64,000 nucleotides of DNA from Chitinophagaceae bacterium (lineage in GTDB: Bacteria > Bacteroidota > Bacteroidia > Chitinophagales > UBA10324), in the NCBI GenBank assembly GCA_016704325.1, contig JADJAG010000005.1, positions 135,860-199,859 of the forward strand, read 5' to 3'. Below the pieces are notes generated by a model, which searched no databases, was not told the DNA's origin, and worked only from the letters and a program-made list of their open reading frames with translations. Below, one piece after another: positions 1-9,157 of the stretch; the stretch's first letter is position 1, and every line of letters starts with the position of its first letter. The position numbers were made by a program, and so were the translations under genes.

Positions 1-1914
1 CTGATCGTAGGCTATTGTTCCAATAGAAGATGCTATTTCGAGACTACCATTACCTAAAATGCTAACTGATGATGCTCCTGTGAATTTCAGTTGTATGTCT
101 GATGGTCGACTACCAACATCGCAAATGAAGTACTCTTTCGCACCTGCATTATTGCCATACCACATCAAGTCGACATTATTATACAATTCAGGATATAGTA
201 ATCGTTGAAAACCTTGGACATTGATTACACCTGTTGAACAATGGGGAAGAAAATAATTTCTGTATCCAGCAACTTGTGGAGAAATTTTATAAACTTTTGT
301 GTTTAGGGAATTTTGATAAGACTGATCAATGCGATGCAAGGCGTCAGAAGTTGAACTCGATATATCACGTTTTGAAAATACGTATGATGTTTTTGAATTC
401 AGAAAGTATAGAGTTGGATGATGATTATCGCAAAAGAACTTAATTTCCGGATGTAACGCGGCATCTGTACCGACTAATTGCCCTTTATTCTCATAGTATC
501 CAAATCCGGTAGGACAAATCTCATTATCTGGCGGGGTTATATAATCAATCATTTCGTATTTAACTGTCAAATAGGAGTACTGTGTACCCGTCCACACTCT
601 GCCTGTCACATACAATAAATTATCCACGCCTACTTTTACGGCCATTGGGGTATCATCACCATTTCCAATACCTTCGTACCACTCTTCCCATTTTACATTT
701 CCACTTGCGTCATATGCGAGAGTTAAGAAATCCTTGTTTCCTATATTGTACACATCACCGGTCACCAGAATATCTCCGTAAGGAGCAATGTCGAGTTTTC
801 TTGCTATAGCGGTTTTTGTTTCGTCTGGTGCAGAGTAAAACTTCTGCCACTGCAGCGCACCGCTATTGTTGTATTTAATTGTTATGAAATCACTGCCACT
901 ATTTGCTTTTTTTGTATATCCAGTCAGATACACGTAGCCATCAGCATCCACTCCGATAGAATTAGCCTGATCATCTAATCCTACATTATCCCAGGTTACT
1001 GACCACACCGTGTTCAATTCTTCATCAAACTTTACAGTTTTTATATCATAGTGCGTACCATTTGTTGCTGCACCGGTCACGTAAATGTTATCGTATAGAT
1101 CTTTAGCTAAAGCAGTAGGATGATCTAACCCTAAACCGGAAGAAGAATTACGAGTTACTGTTATTTGCGCTCCTGTAGTTGCATTGTACTTAACTGTAGC
1201 AAAGTCCCAATTGCTAAATGAACTCGCACTTCCACCGGTTACATACACCCGCGCACTGCTTCCTAGAGTGATAGCTGCCGGAATATCAAGTAGACTCGTA
1301 TAATCATATCTTGCTTCCCAGATGAAAGTTCCGTTAGATGCACTGTACTTGCGCGTGCAATAGTCACTCAAAGATGTTGTTCCGTAGCTTGCACCCACTA
1401 CATAAAGAGCACCTGCTCCGTCCAATACCATATCAGTTGGAACATCGTAGCTACTCCCGGGACCATTGTATTGTTCTTCCCAAATTAAAGTGCCTCCATC
1501 GTCATATTTTTGAATGACCCAATCATACCCATTCCCCGAGGAAGTGATTGAAGTTCCCGCTACATAAATATCGTCCGAAGCGTCAATAGAGACCGCTACC
1601 CCGTAGTCCCTGTTGTTGTTGGTGTGATTATACTGAATCTGCCAAAGTACTGTTCCATCCGTTGCATACTTTGTAATAAGCATATCAGTGTTATTGGTAG
1701 TTACCATGGTATTACCAACTACAATTAGATTACCCGATCCGTCCAAGGCAGAAGAGCTCCAGTCTATGGTGTCAGGTGTCCCAGTCGTGTGTTCCCACAA
1801 CTTAGACACCAAAGTGGAATTGTTAAACTGAGCATTTGAAGTAAGAGAATTGGCGAAAGAAATGACCAGTAGCACAAAAGTGCTTACAAATGAAAATGTG
1901 TTGATGCTTTTCAT
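1..1914 (-). CDS. Secreted SBBP/beta-propeller-repeat protein. The N-terminus is complete and the C-terminus runs off the window edge, which is why it is absent from the ORF track (no stop in window).
   Basis: A reverse-strand ATG at 1914-1912 gives MKSINTFSFVSTFVLLVISFANSLTSNAQ, a signal peptide. I hand-translated the frame and found it open at 600-541, 480-421 and 60-1. Recurrent units such as DMLITKYATDGTVLWQ and YDWVIQKYDDDGGTLIWEEQYNG are typical of SBBP repeats. Confidence 0.75.
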   Translation of the reverse strand, partial: MKSINTFSFVSTFVLLVISFANSLTSNAQFNNSTLVSKLWEHTTGTPDTIDWSSSALDGSGNLIVVGNTMVTTNNTDMLITKYATDGTVLWQIQYNHTNNNRDYGVAVSIDASDDIYVAGTSITSSGNGYDWVIQKYDDGGTLIWEEQYNGPGSSYDVPTDMVLDGAGALYVVGASYGTTSLSDYCTRKYSASNGTFIWEARYDYTSLLDIPAAITLGSSARVYVTGGSASSFSNWDFATVKYNATTGAQITVTRNSSSGLGLDHPTALAKDLYDNIYVTGAATNGTHYDIKTVKFDEELNTVWSVTWDNVGLDDQANSIGVDADGYVYLTGYTKKANSGSDFITIKYNNSGALQWQKFYSAPDETKTAIARKLDIAPYGDILVTGDVYNIGNKDFLTLAYDASGNVKWEEWYEGIGNGDDTPMAVKVGVDNLLYVTGRVWTGTQYSYLTVKYEMIDYITPPDNEICPTGFGYYENKGQLVGTDAALHPEIKFFCDNHHPTLYFLNSKTSYVFSKRDISSSTSDALHRIDQSYQNSLNTKVYKISPQVAGYRNYFLPHCSTGVINVQGFQRLLYPELYNNVDLMWYGNNAGAKEYFICDVGSRPSDIQLKFTGASSVSILGNGSLEIASSIGTIAYDQ

Positions 1915-2107
1915 AGTCAATAGGGAAATTAGATTTGTGAGAAAAAAAAGAAATGCTTGGATTTTATTCCGGTACCCTCATATGAGTAATTCGTTAAAGA
2001 TAATTATTTTACGACATGGTTGCAATACTCAAAAAGGGTGATTTTTGAGGATTCTGAAAAAAAATCAGAACAACTGAAAATTGAAAGTTTTTATAGATAT
2101 TTAGTCC

Positions 2108-2737
2108 ATGACTTCCCTCGATAAGGTAAGTGGTCTTCTTCTTTCACTGGCTAATTATCAGCAATTTGACGGTGAGTTCTTTCGTTTAAGACTCGATGAG
2201 AATCATATATTTTTAAAGGAAAATCAAATTAAGTTTGATGAATGTCACTTTTATTTCAGTACACTGAAAAACCTCAATTGGATAGCGATAACTAGCTTGC
2301 AAACAACAAATGCAGGTACGTATGCTGCCGAGTTTTCATTAACCTTTGAAGGAATTAAACAAGCACTATTGCTTCAGTCAGAAGGAATCACTTCAAACAA
2401 TTGCTTTGTGGCTATGTCTTTTCGAAATGAAACAAAGGCGATTAGACAGGCTATCAAAAACGCAATTTTTAGCACAGGCTTCAATGCAATACTTATTGAT
2501 GAATTGCATCACGATAGTGTTCAGCCGATTAATGATGCAATTATTACAGCTTTGAAAAAATCCCGATTTTGCTTTGCAGACTTTAACAATCAAGCAAGCG
2601 GCGTTTACTACGAGAGCGGCTTTGTAGCGGGTCAGAGTAAAAAGGTAATTTATTGTTGTCAGCAAGATCATTTTCAAAATTCACATTTTGATACAAATAA
2701 CTGTAGTCCAAATAAATTTATTTATGGCTATTCCTGA
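2108..2737 (+). CDS. Two-domain protein: an unknown N-terminal domain of about 95 aa plus a C-terminal nucleoside 2-deoxyribosyltransferase-like / TIR-like Rossmannoid domain.
   Basis: CFVAMSF...ILIDEL...INDAIITALKKSRFCFADFNNQASGVYYESGFVAGQSKKVIY...HFDT matches the FVxMxF ... D..(N)..VyYE.G.A...gK.vI pattern of the NDT/TIR-like clade, and the Glu of YYESG is retained. The gene is AT-rich: my hand count of two 60-nt lines gave 33-37% GC. Confidence 0.6.
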   Translation: MTSLDKVSGLLLSLANYQQFDGEFFRLRLDENHIFLKENQIKFDECHFYFSTLKNLNWIAITSLQTTNAGTYAAEFSLTFEGIKQALLLQSEGITSNNCFVAMSFRNETKAIRQAIKNAIFSTGFNAILIDELHHDSVQPINDAIITALKKSRFCFADFNNQASGVYYESGFVAGQSKKVIYCCQQDHFQNSHFDTNNCSPNKFIYGYS

Positions 2738-2792
2738 AATTGTGACGGATCATTTCTATTTTCATGATCGGTAAAATTTAAATGGATTATTT

Positions 2793-3638
2793 ATGGAGGA
2801 AACTGTAAAAAGAAAAAGCCGGGCGCATGAGGAACCGCGATTCAGGCAATACCTAGGAACGGTAATAAGTGGTTTTGTTTTGTTTGGCACAGTAGCCTTT
2901 ATTGTGATGGGTTTCTGGATCATCAATATTGTAGTAACGCACAATCCACCCGGTGAAGATCCAACTGATAAACTGATTAAAGTCCTTCAGACACTATTTA
3001 CAGCAATCCTGCCGCTTTTCGGAACCTGGATCGGAACGGTGTTGGCTTTTTATTATACAAAGGAGAACCTGCAGGCAGCCAATGAGAGCATCAGGGACCT
3101 GGTAGATAAGGTGACTTCTGCCAAGAAATTGGAATCCATAAAAGCAAAGGATGTAATGATACCGGTAGAGAAGCTGATCTATCTGGAGTTTAATTCAACC
3201 GATGACCCTGCGAAGTTCAGGCTGAAAGAAGATTTTCACGATTATGTGGTGAGAGAAAAAATTCAACGGGTAATTCTGTTGAATGAAAACAAGAATGCCC
3301 GTTATGTACTGCACAGCAGCCTTATTCAGCGATTTATTACGCTACAATATTTTAAGCGGGTAGCGAATCAACCTGCAGAGCATGGTGCAGAAAATAGCGA
3401 ACCGCTGACCGCTGCTACTTTTGCAGATATGCTGCAATCGGAAGATGAGCAGATCAAAGGTGTGATCAGGGAAGGTATTAATTTCATCAGTTTGGAAGCA
3501 ACCCTTGCCGTAGCGAAGTCGTTGATGAATAACAAATATTGCCAGGACGTCTTTATTACAAAAGGCGGACAGTCCAATGAGCCGGTCCTGGGTTGGATCA
3601 CCAATAAAACCATTGAGGATAACAGCATTGTTGATTGA
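2793..3638 (+). CDS. Membrane protein with two N-terminal TM helices followed by a CBS-domain pair.
   Basis: The hydrophobic segments are YLGTVISGFVLFGTVAFIVMGFWIINIVV and LQTLFTAILPLFGTWIGTVLAFYY. CBS1 is SIKAKDVMIPVEKLIYLE...VILLNENKNARYVLHSSLI and CBS2 is TFADML...INFISLEATLAVAKSLM...VFITKGGQSNEPVLGWITNKTI. Confidence 0.7.
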   Translation: MEETVKRKSRAHEEPRFRQYLGTVISGFVLFGTVAFIVMGFWIINIVVTHNPPGEDPTDKLIKVLQTLFTAILPLFGTWIGTVLAFYYTKENLQAANESIRDLVDKVTSAKKLESIKAKDVMIPVEKLIYLEFNSTDDPAKFRLKEDFHDYVVREKIQRVILLNENKNARYVLHSSLIQRFITLQYFKRVANQPAEHGAENSEPLTAATFADMLQSEDEQIKGVIREGINFISLEATLAVAKSLMNNKYCQDVFITKGGQSNEPVLGWITNKTIEDNSIVD

Positions 3639-3682
3639 TATTTCTCCTATAGTGCCTTCTGTTTTTTTATCAACTTTCGAAC

Positions 3683-5745
3683 ATGCATCCATTTGTAATA
3701 TATGTTACCTGGCATCCCTTGTTTGAAGATGGGAAACACTATGCAGAACGAATTTATCAAACCTTTAACAGAAATTTTGCTGATCCATTCAGCCGGAGCA
3801 TAGGCATTCCCGTCTTTTACAGATCCATCAGCAATACCGGAAGTGAAGAGGAAGTACCTGCTGCTATAGATCCCGATGGCGCTGAACACACCGCAATTGT
3901 ATTACTGGTAGATGATTGCATGGTCATTCACCGGCAACAATGGGCAGACTACCTGCAGCAACTGGTAGCTTTAGATAAGGGAAATCATCAGGTGAGAATC
4001 TATCCTGTCGCCATCTCGAAGACTGCATTCAGTGTGAGTGATGTGGTGAATGATAAGAATTTTGTAAGGGTATTTGAGAAAGAGACGACGGAACAGAAAG
4101 CGCGGTTTTTAACGGTAACCCTTGCTCACGAATTTTGCAGGCTGATACTTGGTTTTCAGAGAGCAACGGATCCTAAACAAGATTCATTACCAAGACTTAA
4201 GCTTTTTCTCAGCCATTCAAAAGCAGATGGAGTGGAGATCACCAAACTGTTGAAATACTGGATACAGGAATTCACCGGATTGGAGACCTTTTTTGATGCA
4301 ACCGATATTTCACCGGGAGAATTGTTTGCCGAAGCGATTGACAAAGGAGTGGGCAATTCAAGTTTGCTGGTGGTTCAGACCGATATCTTCAGTAGCCGTG
4401 AATGGTGCCGTGCAGAAGTGCTGGAAGCCAAGAGACACAATCGCCCGGTGGTGGTAGTGAATGCCCTTGATAAAGGAGAGTCCAGGAGTTTTCCATATAT
4501 GTGTAATGTTCCGGTTATACGTTGGAAAAATGAGAGTGCTGCTGATTTTTCATCATTGATTGAACGTATCATTTTAGCGGTGTTGCTCGAAACGCTGCGG
4601 CATGCTTACCAGGGCAAACTGATTGAACATCAGTTTAAGACGTTTCTGAAACCCGGAACAGATTACAAGTTGCTAAAGAATGCACCGGAATTACTCGACC
4701 TGGTAAATACAGAAGAAGCATCAGTCAATTTGAATCGACACTTCATTTATCCTGATCCTCCATTGGGTAATGGCGAGCTGCAGATCCTCAGGCGCTGCAT
4801 GCCGGGTGCGCAATTCAGCACACCCATTCAGCTGATTCGCGATGAAGCAAAAAAAAGTGCCTCACGGGATAAGTTTACAATTGGGCTCTCTATTTCGGAA
4901 TCTGAAAAAATGGAAGTGCGCGGATTGAGTACCGATCACCTGAAAGATGTAATGGTGGAAGCTGCACGTTACCTGTTGGCTTCAGGCTATTCTCTTGCAT
5001 ATGGTGGCGATATACATTACAGTGCGGGCTTCAATTTTGCCATGTTGCTGAAGGAGATGGTGATGACTTACCGTGCCGATTATAAAGGAGAAAACGCCAG
5101 GGTTACCAACTATGTGGCCTATCCAATCTTTCATACGATCAGCACTGCTTTGGAAGCGGAATTAATTGACGTGGTGCGCTTTATCCGTGTTCCCCGCCTG
5201 TTGACCTGGCCATAAATAAGAAGGACGACTGGCAACGGATTTTGAAAGCGGAAACGGTGCACGACCAATACCTTTTTGCCCGGTGCCTTACAGAAATGCG
5301 TTTGATTATGAATGAGTCTATTGATGCGCGAATAATCCTTGGCGGAAAGCAGACCGGGTATAAAGGTCGCTACCCCGGATTGATGGAAGAAGTATTGATA
5401 GCGATGACTTCTCATAAGCCGGTATTTATCATTGGTGCATTCGGAGGTTGTGCGGCGTCTGTTATTCAGGCTCTGCTTGGAGAGACACCGGAAACTTTAA
5501 CAAAAGAGTATCAATACAAAGTAGCACAATACAAAACGCTTGCAAACTATTATCAACAACAGGATGCTGGTGCGGTAAATGAAATCAACTACGAGAAGGT
5601 GGTTGGATTCTTCAACAGTGCAGGCATAGAAGGACTAAACAACGGATTGTCGCCTGATGAAAATAAAATGCTGTTTACCAGTGTTGATGCCGGGCTTGTG
5701 ATCTCTTTGCTTTTGAAAGGGCTGAGCAGTTGTGTAAACAAATGA
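3683..5745 (+). CDS. TIR-like / TIR / SLOG three-domain protein. As assembled it is split by a 1-nt frameshift at the C-run 5192-5195 (ORFs 3683..5215 and 5242..5745).
   Basis: Residues 1-100 are TIR-like (PFVIYVTWHP...GIPVFYRS...IVLLVDD). The central domain is a canonical TIR (KLFLSHSKADG...ETFFDATDISPGE...SSLLVVQTDIFSSREWCRAEVLEA; the WCRAE codons are 4403-4417). The C-terminal domain is SLOG-like (FTIGLSISESE...LAYGGD... in the first ORF and ARIILGGKQTGYKGRYPGLMEE...PVFIIGAFGGCAA in the second). The second frame is open from 5170, and adding one C gives ...RFIRVPPPVDLAINKKDDWQRILKAE... Confidence 0.75.
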
Positions 5746-5870
5746 CAGGCTTTTAGGTGTTCGGGAAGCAGCTTGCATAATAAATGTGCTGCCTGGCATT
5801 TTTGCCACCGCTCAACAAGCTTGTACTCCTGCTAATTTTGTATTTTCATCACAGCAATTAAAATAGATCT

Positions 5871-6921
5871 ATGCAGGAGCAGTCTTCAGGACGGACAAAC
5901 CGGGAACCAACCACTGCAAAACGCGGGCATTTTTTTGATTTTTTCTCAGGGATAGATCCTGAGATCAGGAATGAATTACCACCTGCCGATCATTTTCCAT
6001 ATATCCTTATCGGGTTCAGTAACCTTTTTGCCTCTGTATTGATAGGTATGTCGGCGTACCTGTTTTTTGAATCCATCCTGCATACGTATTATCTCGCCAT
6101 TTTTTTTGCCTGGCTCATTTTCAGCCTTGTCGTAATTGTGTTGCGGGCAATTACTACTTCCTTTCTTTCTAAAACCTACCAGTCAGTCAGGTATGTTTAC
6201 CTTATTTGCATTCCTGTTATCGCCATTGTATGCAGCCAGCCGGTTGGTATGTTTATTTCAGAAGTGAACCTTGTGCGGGAGAAACGAACCACCTTGATCA
6301 GTGATACCGTTCAGTGGACCAATGATACAGCTCAATTCAGACTAACAGCTGAAGCGTACCAGGATTCCGTTAAGTTGTTTGAAATGAGTGGCGTAAATGC
6401 AAGGATGAAAGCTGATTCGCTGTATAAAGTTATTGTGTCAAAGAAAAAGGATTCCATTGCCATTCAAAAAAGTATTCGCGCACTTCAGAACAACCTGCAG
6501 ATTGAGGAAAAAAAAGGCAAGAGCCCTGAGCAGACCAATAACAATAATTATGCAGCAGCAGTGGAAGAGACGAAGAAACTAAAACAACAACTTGATCAGC
6601 AAACAGGGGCATTGGAGTTGCTGAAAAGGGATTTGAGTAATGTGAGGATCTCCTACCAGATACTCAGCAACCCGATCAGTGAATTGCCGTATGTAAAGGA
6701 GTTGTACATCAATAAATACCAGGATTCAATTGCTTCTCAGAAGAAGCAGGCTGAAATGTTGGTATCGCGGATCAAAAGAGAATCGAGCACAGATTGCTGC
6801 GCTCGAAGGAGTAACCACCTGCACTACCTGTACCTTCAGTGAAAAGTTTGCTTATTACCGGCAACATGTATTTTCCAGTTGGCTACTTCTTTTCGTTAGC
6901 ATCACGTTTTTTTACTGTTAA
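5871..6921 (+). CDS. DUF4407-like membrane coiled-coil protein. As assembled it is broken by frameshifts at the A-run 6773-6776 and the T7 run 6907-6913, and its C-terminal limit is unresolved.
   Basis: The N-terminus FFDFFSGIDPEIRNELPPADHFPYILIGFSNLFASVLIGMSAYLF, the further TM segments, the long coiled coil, and then ...AQIAALEG...WLLLFVSITFF / LILPPYIISRSRNDLYHQLL follow the DUF4407 layout as I remember it. The third frame, open from 6900, has no stop before the ATG at 7065. Confidence 0.55.
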
Positions 6922-7064
6922 TTCTTTTCTTAATCCTTCCTCCGTATATTATTAGCAGGAGCCGGAATGACCTTTACCATCAGTTACTTGCTACGAAAGA
7001 GAACAGTGAAACCATTTCCATACGCAGAAAGGAGATAGAAGAAAAGTTTAAGATTGAAACGGAA

Positions 7065-8845
7065 ATGAAAACCGTAAAAGACCTGCTGCAAAAATTTGAC
7101 GGCGGAGGCAATGAGACCACACAGGACATCACCAACAATCTAACTTCAACCAATGATCCCAAATCGTATGAAGCTTTGGGTGATGTTCAGGTGAAGCTGG
7201 GTGACTATTTCAGAGCCGTGGAATTCTATGACCGCGCTATTTTCCTCGATCCGGAAGCTTCAGCGCCATGGAGAAAGAAAGCAGATGTTTATTCCGTTAT
7301 GGGAAGATATGCCGAAGAGCAACAGGCAAAGGCACGATATACGGAATTGTTGAGTGTGGAACGCTTTCGCAATAATCTCACACGTGCCACCAGGTTGTAT
7401 GCTGTGGAAGTAGCGAACCTGCCTTTCTATGGTTCTTTTTCCTGGCACTTGCGCGGCAGCATGAATATTATGCTGGGAAAAAACGGTTATGGAAAAAGTC
7501 ACCTCATGTCGATCATGCTGGCCTTATTGCAGGAAGAAGAGAAGTTATTGCGTGACCTGACCATGATGGACAAAGCCTCTCCAACTCCTGCTCCCTATTT
7601 TAAAATCTCTTTTCAGTCGGATCATGAGCGCGATGTGCCCTTGATGGAATCGTTGCAGCAACAGGTGGAGGAAAATCAAAATTGCGATCAGCGTTTCTTG
7701 CACGGCAGCGTGCGGCGAGGACTCCTGCTGATCAGACTGTAACAGAAATTGCACCACCTGTTACAACGGAATGGGATGGTGAATTGATCAGGCTGCAAAA
7801 GCAACTAGAACTGTTGGAAGGAATAGCTTACTTTGATAAGCTGGGTATTCAGTCTTCCTATGGTAAAATCCCTGTACTGGCAATTCCTGATTCGAGGTTC
7901 ATAAATAAATCAGCGGAGTCCACTTCCATTAGAAATGATGAACGATCTAAGAAAATACTGGAAAACGGAGCATACCAGTTTATGCTGCAGGTACCGTATG
8001 AAGATGTGATTCAGAATTTATTGAATACCATCTCTACCATCTACCTTGATGAAAGGAATTTTGAGGATGAAATATTTCAGCTCATCCGCCGTGTTTTCAA
8101 ACGCCTTACCGGAAGTGAATTTGTGTGGGATACTATTCAGCGTACAGAAGATAATTCCGGTTTTATTATCAGGGTGAAGACAGAAGGCGCAGATACTTCG
8201 CTTCCGATACAGAAAGCCTCGCAGGGCACATTATCCGTTGTCGCGATGATTGGAACGATGTATCATTATATGTCGCTTCGTTATCCTGCTGTTTCGCGCA
8301 AACAGGTGACCCGGCAACCGGCTATTATTTTTATTGATGAGATTGATGCGCACCTGCATCCGAGCTGGCAGCAAAAGATTATCGGAATTTTGCGTAATGA
8401 GTTTCCGAATGTACAATTCATTATTTCAGCGCACAGCCCGCTGGTGATAGCCGGATGCAAAGAAGAAGAAGTGTGTGTGCTGCGAAAGCGCGACAAAGGA
8501 TTTACGATGGAGATCATTGAATCTAACCTGATTGGTAAACCCATCGCCGATATCTTCAGGATGATTTTTGAAGTGGAAGAAAAGAATGAAATGTATTTGC
8601 AGCTGGCAGCGCTGATGCCCTTTAAAAATTCCATTAAATCGAAAGCGCAGGCTCTCCGTGAAAAAACGACACGCGATGAAAAGGAAGAGCAACAACTGCA
8701 GGAGTTAGAGCAGCAGATTGAGAATTTTGTTTACCTCGAACAGTTTGATACCATCCGTTCTACCTTTGAAGAACTGGAAGATTTGAAGAATGCGAATGAG
8801 ACGTTGAAGATGGAGGTGGAGCGGTTGCGGGCGAGGTTGGGGTGA
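7065..8845 (+). CDS. TPR-containing ABC-type (AAA_15/AAA_21-like) ATPase with a C-terminal coiled coil. As assembled it is split by a frameshift at the A-run 7678-7681 (ORFs 7065..7742 and 7682..8845).
   Basis: A TPR-like segment is YEALGDVQVKLGDYFRAVEFYDRAIFLDPEA. The Walker A motif GKNGYGKS is at 7475-7498. Walker B and the D-loop are AIIFIDEIDAHLHPSWQ, followed by FIISAHSPLVI. Adding one A restores ...QQQVEENQKLRSAFLARQRAA... Confidence 0.7.
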
Positions 8846-9157
8846 ATGGTTAAATTGTTGAATTGTTGAATTGTTAAATGGTTAAATGGTTAAATGGTTA
8901 AATGGTTAAATGGTTAAATGGTTAAATGGTTGAATGGTTGAATGCTTAAATTGTTAAATGGTTGCAGCGAAGCTGATGCGATGGGGAGGTTGATGAAAAT
9001 TTTAAATTTGAAAATATTGAATATTGAATATTGGATATTGGATATTGAGTGTTGAATATTCAATATTCAATATTCAACACTCAATATTCAACACTCAATA
9101 CTCAATACTAACGACTTCCGACTAATTACTTCCGACTAACTACTAACTACTAACTAC
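8845..9157. repeat. Nested low-complexity block: 15 units of the 8-mer AATGGTTA, the hairpin CAGC-GAA-GCTG, a 7-mer array ATTGAAT mirrored by ATTCAAT (a palindrome with arms of about 45 bp), then CGACTTCCGACTAA x2 and ACTAACT x3 abutting the next ATG.
   Basis: I counted the units directly. The 8-mer units run 8845-8964, the palindrome is centred near 9057/9058, and the ACTAACT run ends at 9157. The block has the same architecture as the 195-202 bp MITE at 28749 and 56538, but greatly expanded. Confidence 0.85.

Noticed and set aside
234-809. The plus-strand track ORFs 234..443 and 582..809.
   Set aside because: They lie inside the long open minus-strand frame of the SBBP-repeat gene (1..1914), which has a signal peptide and repeat structure. 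The plus-strand products are low-complexity shadow ORFs.
8845-8964. The 8-mer array as a coding region for a repetitive peptide, or as an extension of the ATPase.
   Set aside because: An 8-bp period cycles through all three frames every 24 bp, and AATGGTTAA contains TAA. Every forward frame therefore hits a stop within a few units.
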